A stretch of DNA of 64,000 nucleotides, taken from contig JANJGN010000014.1 of assembly GCA_026770705.1 (NCBI GenBank), forward strand, positions 125,364,001 through 125,428,000. Direction: 5' to 3'. Under the pieces are notes generated by a model. That model was not told the DNA's origin. It ran no database searches and worked only from the letters and a program-made list of their open reading frames with translations. The DNA is from Isurus oxyrinchus (Eukaryota). The translations under genes were made by a program, and so were the position numbers. Below, one piece after another: positions 14,845 through 27,490 of the stretch; position 1 is the stretch's first letter, and every line of letters starts with the position of its first letter.

Positions 14845-15110
14845 TAAGACCTTATGCAAGTTTAACATTAAGAATTTATATAGAATCTTAGGGCATCACA
14901 AAGCACTTTACAGCCAATGTATTTCTTTTGATGTTTAGTCGCTGTTATGATGCAGGGAAACGTGAAACAATTTGCAGATAGCAAGGTCCCAAAAACATGA
15001 TAAATAATCAGATTATCTGTTGAAGTAATGTCAGCCAGCGTACCAGTAACACCTCCAGCTCTTCTTCAAATAATGCCATAGGATCTCCAACATCCATTTA
15101 AAACTTAATG
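14845..15110 (-). mobile_element. Deu-domain SINE remnant with L2-type tail
   Basis: caaagcactttacagccaatg...ctcttcttcaaataatgccataggatc is the reverse complement of the Deu core seen at 29405-29815. Confidence 0.65.
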
Positions 15111-15119
15111 CCTATCTGC

Positions 15120-15625
15120 CCTATTTATGTGAAAAACAGCATAACAAGGGTTATCAAACAAAACATAACACCAAACCACGCAAGGAACTTTAGGTCAAAT
15201 GACCAAATGTTTGATCAAAGAGCTAGGTTTTAAGGAGGAAAGTGAGGTAGAGAGATGGAGAGGTTTAAGGGGGAGAAACTTCAGCGTTTAATACTTTGAC
15301 AGCTGAAAGCAAAGCCAAGAGTGGTGAAGTGATTAAAACTGGGGATGTTCAAGAAGCCAGAATTGAAGTAGTGCAGGGCTCGCAGAGGGTTGTAGGGTCA
15401 GAGGCAGTTACAGAGATAGGAAGGGGTGAATCCATGGGGGTGGGGTGTTGGAAACAACAATGAGAATTTTAAAATTAAACATGCTTAATTGGGAGCCAAT
15501 GTAGGTCAGTGAACACAGAGGTGAGAAGAACTTGGTTCGAGTTAGAACACAAGCAGTGGAGTTTGAATAACCTCAAGTTTACAAAGGGTAGAAAGTGGGA
15601 GTGAAGTTTGGACATAACAAAGGCA
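15120..15625 (-). mobile_element. L2 LINE 3' fragment
   Basis: gaccaaatgtttgatcaaagagctaggttttaaggagg...gttacagagatagg matches the reverse of the L2 3' region at about 13.2 kb and the copies at 44.9 and 58.9 kb. Confidence 0.7.
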
Positions 15626-16289
15626 GGTGCAGCTTCCTACACTGGCAATGAGAAAGGTGGCATCATGATGGTTTCTCATGGCCCCCTCACATTACACATG
15701 TAAAGCATTTTTATCAAATTATACTAGTGTGCTTGTGTGGCTAGTACGTTTTTTTAGAAAAATTTTCATACCTCCTAAAGACAAAGTTAACTCTACATGC
15801 AATTGCACAGTAAATGAGCTTCCGATCCAAATATATGGCTGGCAAAGTGTCAGAAATTTCTGTATCCTGTCACTAGATTTACAAAAAGGACTATTTATCA
15901 CAATTACACAAAATAGAGCGATCAGAGAGCACAAATGAAATTTCAGAAGTAATCCATTATTCTTTAAGATCCACCATTCCTCACCGATTGATCATACCCG
16001 AATTGCTAAGGCTGCCTCCAAATAGTTTGGTTTCCTCTATCATTTCCCCTCCATGCTCATCTAAGACTATACAAGAACTGAATATTCTTTCATAGCCGAC
16101 AACACTGTTCTAGCAGTGTCTCCTTACTGCAACTCCTTTCTACCCAGGTACCAACATATTTTGAAGGTGGCAGCAAAAAGATTCTACACCACTGATTAAA
16201 GAATCCTCCCCAGTTCGATCATGCACTTTCACACTTTCCTAGAGGAAGTTCTTGTCTGCTTTAGCTGGGTCAGGGAAGGGGACGTCCTT

Positions 16290-16492
16290 TACTTCACCTA
16301 CATCGCCATTCCTTCACTGTCACTGGGTCAAAATCCTGTAACTCCCTTCCTAACAGCACTATGGGTATTCCCCCAACACATGGACTCAGCGATTCAAGAA
16401 GGCAGCTGACCAGCCCCTTCAAGGGCAATTCAGAATGGGCAATAAATGCTGGCCTGGCTGGCAACACCCACACCTCATGAAAGAATAAAAAA
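16290..16492 (+). mobile_element. Family-A LINE 3' terminal fragment
   Basis: ccttcactgtcactgggtcaaaatcct...gggcaataaatgctggcc matches 1215-1402. Confidence 0.85.
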
Positions 16493-17680
16493 GCTAATTG
16501 CAACTCCTGCAATTTTGTTAGGGAGACTCACAGTCTGGATCATTCTTTCTTCTCCACAAAGGACAGTGTGGTCAGCTCACATCAATTCAAATTAGCGATA
16601 TAAAATGAAATTACACTTCACGGACAGAGTGAATGACATTTGCAGCTTATGATTAAACATAAAAAATGTGGCCAGTGGATCTAACATACCACATCTGGAT
16701 AGCCCAAAACCTGATGCTCAGCAAGCAGTAGAAAGCAATAACAAAAGGACTGTGTGCTAACCTACTGGAAGTAAATACATTGAAACAAGCCAAACTTCTA
16801 GTTTTCCTAATCTCCTGCAACTTCCAGCTACCTTGATCTCAGATAAACTCTGAACATTATTGTACAATAGACATCCCTCCTTAAGGAAAAAAATTATTTT
16901 GGGTAGCTGCAATGCTGTTTAATGCATTAAAAAGGCATAGCACTCACCTCTTCATTTGTTGTTTTCAATTCCTGAGGCTATGGTTACCACTGCAAAGGTC
17001 AATCTAAACAACAACTCCTAAAAATAAAGTTACCTGACAACAAATGTGCTAATTCTGCCCTATATACCACAGCACTGAATTCTGGCTCGCTTTTTTGCAA
17101 TGCATACATACCCTAATTTAAGAAACAAAGAATATAATTTATAACAAATTAAATACAGATTATTGTGGCTTGAAATGAATATAACTGTGGTGCAAAAATA
17201 GTGCAGGCCAATATATTTTTCCTGTTAGAAAGGAAGGAGGTCGCTTCACTTGGCTGAAATGTGAATACTTGTCTTTTGAAGATCCAGACCACTAAGAGGT
17301 ATTCTTTGGAAGTCCAAAATGCCAATAATTCACAGCAATATTCAGACTCTCCTTCTCCATTGATAACAGGAAGGATTAATTTAAAAATGGCTTTTGCAAA
17401 AAAGACATTTTGAAGTCCACAAAATCTGATTGCTTCTGATTTGAAAACTTTCATTTTCTCCACACAATGATAAAATAACAAAAAAGCAGGGTGGGGGCAA
17501 ATCATTTTGATGCTGTGCAGCACAATTTTAAGCAGAATAAAAGATCAATTAGGATTTGAATGAGATAAAAGTGAACAAAAATTCTTCACCCCAGCCCTCT
17601 AGAAATCTTCTCAGTCCCTTCCAACATCTCATTTAATCACTATCTAACATTGAAAACACAAGATTACAAATTTTACCAAC

Positions 17681-18156
17681 CTGTGTAAGTCACTGAATTC
17701 CAGCACGTTTTTCACATCTGTAGCAGGCACTACATGGCATGTCTGATTTAGCCATAAGAAGGTTGGTTGGTCTGTTCTCCCACCCTGGTACATCACACTC
17801 CTCTTTAGATTCATCACTGGGTGCAAGTCACCATTATAGGTTCCATTACATAAGCAGTGATCAGATTGCAAGGTAGTGTAGACAAGTGCAACTACCACTG
17901 TTTACCTCACATATTAATGGCGTCCGATTTGTAAACCCAAAGCTGCTAGCTTTCTGCAGGTCAGGTCGATTATATTTATTAGTGTTGCCAACAAAGGAAA
18001 TGGTGCATCTGGCATCAGCTGTACTTGCGCATTGCAAGAGCACCCAGAGACATATTGTCGAGACTGGAAAGTGTTTGTAATCTGACAATTGGTTGCAAAA
18101 GTGGAAAATGTTCTCTTTAGCAATGACTTCACTCAAGTTTGTGACCAAAAAGAAAC
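17681..18156 (-). other. Candidate large 5'-leader exon, AUG-rich
   Basis: Strong acceptor attttgttttcag|GTTTC at 18156. Donor CAG|gttggt at 17681, alternative GAG|gtaaac at 17906. Unique sequence with 14 ATGs. Confidence 0.5.
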
Positions 18157-19824
18157 CTGAAAACAAAATGTGTAGGATTTGAACATTTTAACCAAAGGAA
18201 AGCATGCCAAGGAAAGGGTTCAGATTGTAGCATTCATATACCTCCATGCAATGCCTACATTACAGATTGAAGTGCTCAGGTTATTAACTGGTTAACAGGT
18301 TTTTAAAAAAAAAATCAGATTTCCAGGTAAAAAACAATATACCATTACACCTTACAGAACTGGTTTGCAAGGATCATTAATATTAGTCTCGCATCAACTA
18401 CATTAAAAATTCATGATCATCTTTTGTTTGGAGAAGCTGCTGATGCTTATCTCCCTTCACTCAGCAAATAAAACCAAGCAGCCCCCACAAGAATGCCCAC
18501 ACCCAAGAATGCTAATGGCTTTAAATCAGATTTGTAGCAAGATGTTTTCCAGCCTATATCATAAAACCTAACATATAAAGTATACATTTACATTAAGTTT
18601 ATGACCAGTTAACATGGAGTCCCATTTCTATACCAACAGCATACAAATAGCACAAAGTATAGCATTATATTTGACAACTGTACAATGCAGCTATGCTGTG
18701 CAGGTCCAACCCGCTCAGATGTTCTTCTCATTTCACAGAAATAGACATGTCATGACCAGCCATGTGATCATGATACATCCCTCAGCAAGTGAGGCTGGCC
18801 AAGGTAAGTCACGAGTGGCTGACAGTCAACCTCACGACTGGAGGTAATTATTCTAATCTTGTGGTCAGCCATGACATTCCACTTAAAACCGCTTCCAAGA
18901 AACCAAATTGTTTATTAATGGTCTGTTTAGTTGTGGGCCATTCTGCATTACATTTGGAATTCTAACCCTGAGTACTTAAGGAGCAGATGCTCCCGGCCTA
19001 AGATTGTCACAGCTCTCCACAATCCACGGTGTATTTCACTCAGATTAGAATGGAGCTAGAGAGCAAGTATCCAAGATCATAATGAAACTTGGCCACATTT
19101 AATGAAAAGTACATCTGGAACTGACTCTCAGATTTCCTTTAACCTTCAAGCCATCATGGCACTTAACATTGTTAACAGGATAACCATCCCTCTTGTATGA
19201 CATTTTCCCCAACTTAATTCAGTTTCTTGCACTGTTACTCAATTATTTATAGCAGCCATCTTCATCAAGTCAGAGGGGAGAAAACTTGTATACCTAGTGC
19301 ACAGGTGACCTAGTTTTCAGTTGCCATATCTGGCTTCACCACACCACACTTTGATGTGAGTCAGTCAATTAGGAGACACAGTAAGTTGCTTTAACTCATG
19401 GTGAACTCAAGGTTAAATGTTTAACTTTTAAGGGCAGACTTCACAAACTTGCTTTGTATTTCTTTGATTTAAGAAGGTTGACCTAGCCCTTTTGCGATGT
19501 TCATTCTGTACTAATTTTTACTCCAGGGTCCTGGAGGACAAGGATAGTCCTTGGTTCCCTTCCTCTGCAATCAACCACCTCTGTGGACACCTCTTTCCTG
19601 TCCTTTACAACATCCAACTCAAATGGAAACCTTCAGGAGTTCATTTCTTCTTAAGCAAGACTATAAGCATAGATGCCTCTACCACATCATCCACTTGTCT
19701 CCAACTCCATCCACCCACCCAAATACAGCCCCCTTCCTCATTCTAATGCAGAATCCCTGCCTTATTGCAGCTTCTCAGCTAATTCCTGACCTCTCCAAAC
19801 CAATTGCCCATGATGCTGCATCAA

Positions 19825-19863
19825 AACAAAAACAGAATTACCTGGAAAAACTCAGCAAGTCTG
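19825..19863 (-). mobile_element. ~40-bp Penelope 3'-end micro-insertion
   Basis: aacaaaaacagaattacctggaaaaactcagcaagtctg is nearly identical to the Penelope end and is flanked by gcatcaa (19818-19824, 19864-19870). Confidence 0.85.
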
Positions 19864-22054
19864 GCATCAATTCCATTTGTTCAGCTCAGCTTTTTAGTTG
19901 ATTTTAATGGTTCTTTTCCTCAGGCACTGCAATTCAGCCCTTCAAAAGATTGCCTCAAGATCCAGTTCCCCTGTCCATGTGCTGTACCTCTCCTTTTAGC
20001 CCAATCACTGGTCATATAATCTTCAGCTGCTCCTACTCACTCCTCCAAGACCCTTCCTAAACCTTACTATATTTCTCCTCTCCCTGAAAATCAGGTGCTT
20101 CAAAAGGTGTTCGGTCAGTTATCTTGACACATAGTCATGAACTGCCTTGGGATGTTACTTTATTTTCACAGGGACAATCAAAATGATAACTACAGTTATT
20201 GAAAGACCCAACTTTACTGAGCTCCGAGACATATTTTACCCAAAAGATAAAAATGAGAGATTGAAAGCTGTGTGAAAATAGAAATATTTACTCAGTCATG
20301 GAAGTAGTCATTTTTGAAGTTACAGAATATTTAATTAACTGATTGTTGTAAACAGAAAGAAAATATTAAAATAGTCAAAATGATAGTAATCACTTGGAGG
20401 GTAATGAATGTATAGGAATGATGGAATGATTACAAGTCTAGCAGTGTGACAAAATTGGTTTGAAGTTTGAGATGTTCCTAGCAGTCACATGATCTCATAT
20501 TTGGCCGTTGCCAGTAGTCAACCATAGATCACTCAAACTTAGTGACTAAATCACATTAATTCAGTGTGAATGAGATCATATAATTGACATGAAACACAGA
20601 AGGTCACTAGCATAATCTGCCATGCCAGCCACAATTTAGCCAATCTTTTTCTCAAGTCAATAGTTGTGGAACAAAGTCCAACAGATTCTCTGATTACTCG
20701 AGTTATAAACACTGGAGCAGAATCTTGCAGAAGCCAACTTTTCCCCCGATTCATTACAATTAACATTGATTCAAGGAGTGAGAGAATTTTTGACTTGGAT
20801 GATCAGGTGTTATTTCAAAATGTTCAAGTATATTAAATAATTCTGGCTACTGTACAGAAACAAAATCTATACTTCATTGCAGGCTCTAGAAAGAGCAAGT
20901 GAGCATAGCCAGCATTATGAAAGTCAACCTTTTAGTTACTGTTCCTCTGGGAAGGTTACAGATTAATCCACTTTATGTTTATCCTAATCATTTTCCTTTA
21001 GAAATTAAGCACACAATGCATTCCATTAAAATCAGGCTCCAACATTAAACCTTACTTAAACAGTGAGTGTCTACAGAGCAGACAGAAGTGATAAACAGCT
21101 GGTTTTTATACAGCCACAAGTGGCACATTCAATCTTTGGAATTCTTCTATCGTGATTATAATCCCAAAATAATAGGTTCATTAAATTGATAATAATGAAA
21201 CATTATATAGGAAATATTTCCACACTGTTTGAAACACTCCGGATTAGATAATCTTTGAGAAATTTCAATTCCTCAAAATTTACAATGCAGAATAGCATCA
21301 TTGTTTCCAAAGCAAAAAATATGTGGATCATGCCAAAGACCAAAAACTGGTAATCTAACCCCTCATGGGGGAAACAGATAAGTGCTTTAAAAAAAATGAA
21401 AAGTTTCAGTCTAAAACTATAGAGAATGTATTCCAAAGTCTTATATTAAGTTTTTAATCACCCGATCTAATATCTGATGTAGCTTGCTGTCTTTGTTTGA
21501 TAACAGTCCTTTTATGATGTTAAAAAGGTGCTATATAAATACAAACTGTTGTTGCTTAAAGGTACAGTGAATCTAGCCACATAAAGACCAAATGCAGGAA
21601 GTAATCTGTGCCACACTGATCATTCTCATTTATATATTCTCACTTCATGCTTGAAAAGCATCTAAAAGCACATGTTTTAAGTGGTCATTACAACCAGAGT
21701 GCACGTTTTACATCTGAGTATCCAATCCATATTTATTTTGGTGATTATCAATTGGTAAAAGATGTTTTTTTTTAAAAGACAGAACTCTCTGAATCTCCTA
21801 GTACCTGGCTAAAGATGTATAGGGCAATGACACTAGAAAATGGCTGCGCACTCAAACCAGTTTTAAACATAACTATTAAAATGCCTTCTGAATTCAAATG
21901 CAGCAATATGGAAGGTTTGCCCATGAATGACACCCCTAAAATCAATCGGTTTAAGGGTCAGTGCATTGGTTTAATATATTATCTCAGAATGCCAGCTCAA
22001 CATGAGTGAGTACAAACTATCCAAGATTCCATTTAGCTGGAAATGTTGCTTTGC

Positions 22055-22580
22055 TTTTTTTTAATTCATTCACAGGACGTGGGCTTCGCTGGCTGGGCCA
22101 GCATTTATTGCCCATCCCTAGCTGCCCTTGAGGAGGTGGTAGTGAGCGCCCTTCTTGAACCGCAGAGTCCATGTTACGTAGGTACACCCACAGTGCTGTT
22201 AGGAAGGGAGTTCCAGGATTTTGACCCAGCAACAGTGAAGGAACGGCAATATATTTCCAAGTCAGGATGATGAGAGACTTGGAGGGGAACTTCAAGGTGC
22301 TGGTATCCCCATCTATCTGCTGCTCTTGTCCTTCTTGATGGTAGTGGTCATGGGTTTGGAAGGTGCTGTCTAAGGAGCCTTAGTGAATTCCTGCAGCGCA
22401 TCTAGTAGATGGTACACAATGCTGCTACTGTGCGTCAGTGGTGGAGGGAGTGAATGTTTGCGGATGCAGTGCCAATCAAGCGGGCTCCTTTGTACTGGGC
22501 GGTGTCAAGCATCCCAAGTGTTGTGGGAGCTGTACTCATCCAGTAGAGTATTTTATCACACTCCTGACTTGTGTCTAGTA
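22055..22580 (-). mobile_element. Family-A LINE 3' fragment
   Basis: Reverse complement of about 900-1402 (ggccagcatttattgcccatccctag...ggagttccaggattttgacccagc). Confidence 0.9.
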
Positions 22581-25425
22581 GATGGTGCTGAGGGAAGGAA
22601 AGGCCTAGAGCTGGAAATACCTCTGAAATTTAAAGATTTTACAAAAATCTGAAATACCCACCAAATATATGTGAATTAACTTCACTAATTTATTATGGAG
22701 GAGGGCTATCACCAGTAAGTTATCCCTTATTTTAAAAGGCAGAGGTCATGGGTTGGAAAGCCCCTGGAAGTTGCACAAACCACCACCCCAAGTTCTCTGG
22801 ATTTTTAAAATTCTTAGGGCATGGATGTGGCTGGCTGGGCCAGCACTTTTACTGCCCATCCGTGATTGCCCTTGGTGAGCAGCCTTCTTGAACTGCAGGT
22901 GGTGCAGGTAGACCCGCAGTGCTATTAGTAGGAAGTTCCAGGATTTTGACCCAGCAACAGTGAAGGTACAGTGATACAGTTCCAAGCCAGGATGGTTTGC
23001 AACTTGGAAGGGAACTTGCAGGTGGTGATGTTCCCAAGTATTTGCTGCCCTTGTCCTCCTTGGTGGTACAGCTCACGAATTAGGATGTGCTGTCAAAGGT
23101 ACCTCGGTGATTTGCTGCAGTGTATATTGTAGATCGTACACGTTGTTACAGTGCATCGGTGGTGGAGGGAGTGGATGTTGAAGGTGGTGGATGGGTTGCC
23201 AATCAAACAGGCTGCTATGTCCTAAATGATGTCGAGCTTCCTGGGTGTTATTGGAGCTGCACTCATCCAGGCAAGTGGAGAGTGTTCCATCACACTCCTG
23301 ACTTGTACCTTGTAAATGTTAGACAGGCTTTGGGGAGTCAGGAGGCGAATTATTCGCCACAGGATTCCTAGCCTCTGACCTGCTTTTGTAGCCATGGTAT
23401 TTACACGGCTCGTCCAGTTCAGTATCTGATCAATGGTAACCCCCAGAATTTTGATAGTGGGGAATTCAGCAATGGTAATGCCATTGATTATCAAGGGGAA
23501 ATGACTGGATTCTCTCTTGCTGGAGATGGTCATTGCCTGGTACTTGTGTGGCATGAATGTTACTTGCCACTTGTCAGCCCAAGCCTGAATGTTATCCAGG
23601 TCTTGCTGAATATGGGCATGGACTGCTTCAGCATGTGAGGAATTGCAAATGGTGCAGAATATTGTACAATCAGCAGCAAACAGCCCCACTTTTGATCTTT
23701 TGATAGAGGGAAGGTCATTGATGAAGCAGCTGAAGATGGTTGCGCCTAGAGCACTACCCTGAGGAGTACCTGCAGTGATGTCCTGGGACTGAGATGATTA
23801 ACCTCCAACCACAACCATCTTGCTTTGAGCTAGGTATGACTCCAACCAGCAGAGAGTTTTCACCGCACCACCCCAATTCCCACTGACTTCAGTTTTGCTA
23901 GGTGTCCTTGATGGCACACTCGGTCAAATGTTGCCTGATGTCAAGGGCAGTCACTCTCACCTCATCTGTGAAGCTCAGCTCTTTTGCTCTTGTTTGGACT
24001 AAGACCAAATGTAACGAGGTCAGGGGTTGTGTGGCCCTGGTGGAACCCAAACTGAGCATCAGTGAGCAGGTTATTGCTATGTACCACTTGATAGTACTCT
24101 TGATGATCACTTGCAACACTTTGCTGATGGAGTGTAGACTGACGAAGTTGTAATTGGCCAGGTGGTATTTGTCCTGCTTTTTGTGGACAGGACATACTGG
24201 GCAGTTTTCCACATTGCTGGACAGGTGCCAGTGTTGTAGCTGTACTGGAACAGCTTGGCTAACAGCATAGTTAGTTCAGGAGCAGATGTCTTCAGTACTG
24301 TTGCTGGAATGTGTCAGGTCCTACAGCCTTTGCAGTGTCACGAGGAGTGGATCGGATTGGCTGAAGACTGGCATCTGTGGCGTTGGTGGGATCATCCACT
24401 CAGTACTTCTGGGTGAGGATGGCTGCACATGCTTCAGCCTTGTTTTTTGCAATGATGTGCTTGGCTCCCCCATCATTGAGGACGGGGATATTTGTGGAAC
24501 CACCTCCTCCAGTGAGTTAATTGTCCACCACCATTCATGACTGGATGTGGCAGGACTGCAGAGCTTATGGTGCTTTTGATGTTTGTCATGTAAGTAGTCC
24601 TGTGTTATAGATTTACCAGGTTGACACCTCAGTTTTAGGTATGCCTGCTGCTGCTCGTGACATGCCCTCCTGCACTCTTCATTGAACCAGGGTTGATCTG
24701 TCAGCTTGATGGTAATGGTAGGGTGGTGAATTTGCAAATTGTGGTTGCATACAATTCTGCTGCTGATGGCCCACAGCACTTCATGCATCCCCAGTTTTTA
24801 GTTGCTAGATCAGTTCGAAATCTAACCCATCAGCACAGTGGTAGTGCCACACAACACGATGGAAGGTATCCACAATGTGAAGACGGGACTTTGCCTCCAC
24901 AAGATGGTCATTCCTACCAATATTGTCATGCACAGATGCATCCTTGATAGGTGGGCTGGTGAGGACGAGGTCAAGTGGATTTCTCCCTCTTGTTAGTTCT
25001 GTCACCACCTGCCACAGACACAGGTTAGCAGCCATATCCATTTGGACTCAGCCAGCTCTGTCAGTGGTGGTGCTACCGAGCCACTCTTAGTGATGGACAT
25101 TGAAGGTCCCCACCCAGAAGACATTCTGTGCCCTAGCCATCTTCAGTACTTCTTCCAAGTAGTGTTCAACATGGAGGAGTACCGATTCATCAGCTGAAGG
25201 GGAAGACGGTAGGTGGTAAATCAGCAGGAAATTTCCTTGCCCATGACTGATCTGATGCCAGTAGAATTCATGGGGTTCAGAGTCAATGTTGAGAACTCCC
25301 AGGACAAGTCCCTCCCGACTGTATACCACTGTGCCACTGTGTCGATGGGACAGGACATACCCAGGATGGTGATGGTGGTGTCTGGTGGTGTCCGCAGGGT
25401 ACGATTCTGTAAGTATGACTGTCAG

Positions 25426-25564
25426 TCTGCTCTGAAGAATCATATGGACTCGAAACGTTAATTCTGTTTTTCTCTTCACAGATGCTGTTAGACTGCTGAG
25501 TTTTTTCAGCATTTTCTGTTTTTGTTTCAGATTTTAAGCATCCACAGTATTTTGCTTTTGTCTT
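25426..25564 (+). mobile_element. Short Penelope 3' element with canonical hammerhead core
   Basis: CTGAAGA...ggactcGAAAcgtt followed by gatgctg...gctgagtttttt...ttttgcttttgtctt. 8-bp TSD actgtcag (25418-25425, 25565-25572). Confidence 0.85.
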
Positions 25565-26025
25565 ACTGTCAGGTTATTGCCTTACTAGTCTGTAGGACAG
25601 CTCTCAAAATTTTGGCACAAGCCCCCAGATGTTAGTGAGGAGGACTTTACAAGGTCGACAGGGCTGGGCTTGCCGTTGTCATTTCCAGTGCCAAGGTGGA
25701 TGCTGAGTGATCCATCCAGTTTCATTTGTTTTTGCAAAATTACAACCGAGTGGCTTCTTGGGCCATTTGAGGGCTTATAAAAGTCAACCACATTGCTGTG
25801 GGTCTGCAGTCACATGTAGGTCAGGCCAAGTAAGAATGGCAGATTTCCTTTCCCAAAAGGACATTAGTGAACCAGATGGGTTTTTACGACAATTGACAAT
25901 GGTTCATGGTTACTATTACCAAAACTATTTTTTTTTAACTCCAAATTTATTAACTGAAGTTAAATTCCACCAGCTGCCATGGTGGGGTTTGAACCCATGT
26001 CTCCGGAGCATTAGCCTCGGCCTCA

Positions 26026-26346
26026 TTGTACGTGAATCCAGAGCTAGGGGGCACTGTTTTAAAATTAAGGGTCACCCTTGAAGGACAGAGATGAGGAGAA
26101 AATTTTTCTCTCAGAGGGTTGTGTGAGTTTGGAATTCTCTGCCTCAGAAGATGGTGGAGGCGAGGTCATTGAATATTTTTAAGGAAAAGGTAGAATAGAT
26201 TGTTGTTAGGCAAGGGAATCCAAGGTTATCGGGGATAAATGGGAATGTGGAATTTGGAACGCAAGCAGATCAGCCATGACCTTACTGAATGGCGGAGCAG
26301 GCTCAAGGGGCCGAACGGTCTACTCCTGTTCCTATTTCTTATGTTC
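26026..26346 (+). mobile_element. CR1 3' end inserted into the family-A head
   Basis: ESRARGHCFKIKGHP...FFSQRVV..WNSLP and tail ggccgaacggtctactcctgttcctatttcttatgttct. Confidence 0.9.
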
Positions 26347-26873
26347 TCTGAATTACTAGCCTGGTGCTATTATCAGTACTAACAAAGGATTGTGTTGCAC
26401 TTGATTTCACCATCCCAATCCCATTAATAAAAATGAAACAAAGCAATATCTATGTTACTGTTGCTTTCAGTTCCTTTTACGTCACACTGATTTATACCGA
26501 CAAAACTGACATGGTTTGTCGTGGCAAGACTCCCACTGAATTCCATGTCATTATACAAAACAAATTTAACACTGAAATCAAGTCCTAGTCTCTAGCATCC
26601 ATGCAATATTAAACTTCCTGCACTTCCAATGCACCCACTTCTCATAAGCTTCATAAAGAATTCAATCTTACCAACACAAACAAAAGTGAGACTATCCTTA
26701 AAAAGCCAGCTACATATTCCATAAATTTCAACTCATTGAAAACTCTGCTGCCCGTACCCTATTTTTGCCACTTTTGCCTGCCAAAGTAAAGGTACACTTT
26801 GGAAGGAGTAATTTGACAACGGAGTATTCAATGAGCAAATAGGAAGTTCTGAGGAACAAAGGGAATGTTGATG

Positions 26874-27100
26874 CCCAGAGGGTGGTGACGGTCTGGAATG
26901 TGCTGCCTGGGAGGCTGGTGGAGGCAGGTTGCCTCACATCCTTTAAAAAGGACCTGGATGAGCACTTGGCACGTCATAACATTCAAGGTTATGGGCCAAG
27001 TGCTGGTAAATGGGATTAGGTAGGTAGATCAGGTATCTCTCACACATTGGTGCAGACTCAATGGGCCGAAGGGCCTCTTCTGCACTGTGCGATTCTGATT
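26874..27100 (+). mobile_element. CR1 3' end, young subfamily
   Basis: QRVVTVWNVLPGRLVEAGCLTSFKK..DEHL. Nearly identical to the reverse complement of 45100-45325. Confidence 0.9.
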
Positions 27101-27490
27101 CCTGTCCTTGCTACACTACATTATCACCCAGTGCTTCAAAATTAAAATTCCTGCGCACATCGTTATGTTCCTTCGTGGCCTGGGCCCTCCTCTCATCTCC
27201 TGCAGAACACAGAACCTCTGGCTGTGACCTCTAGTGCACCTACTTCTTTGCCCCACCATTGGCACCCATATCTTCAGCTATCTCAGCTCCATGCTCTTGA
27301 ATTGCCTCCCGTAGCTCCTCTTCCTTGTCACTATCCCACACTCAAGCCACTTCTTTGATCAAGCTTTTAGGCATTACTTCGAACATCTCCTTTGGCTAGA
27401 AGCCATTTTTATTTGAGCATACATCATGAAGTAGCTTGGTATTTTTTTTTCTATATTAAAGTCATACTAAAAGCACAAGTTGCTGTTGCT
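27100..27490 (+). mobile_element. L2 3' remnant
   Basis: ccccaccattggc...cttctttgatcaagctttt...aaagcacaagttgctgttg L2-type tail. Confidence 0.6.

Larger units (their letters stand above)
22800..26380 (-). mobile_element. Near full-length family-A LINE: tRNA-like head + APE endonuclease + RT (pseudogenised)
   Basis: APE start VLLTNIWGL...PD.VILTESY (about 25645), later WVGTFNVH and LDLVLT. RT motifs PVHKKQDK, QFGF, ALDI, GLFAADC. B-box GGTTCAAACCC at 25985-25995. Interrupted by Penelope and CR1 insertions. Confidence 0.85.

Noticed and set aside
16948-16989. Possible 42-nt minus-strand cassette exon (ctttgcag| ... GAG|gtgagt)
   Set aside because: Splice-site matches alone are common in long introns and there is no other support.
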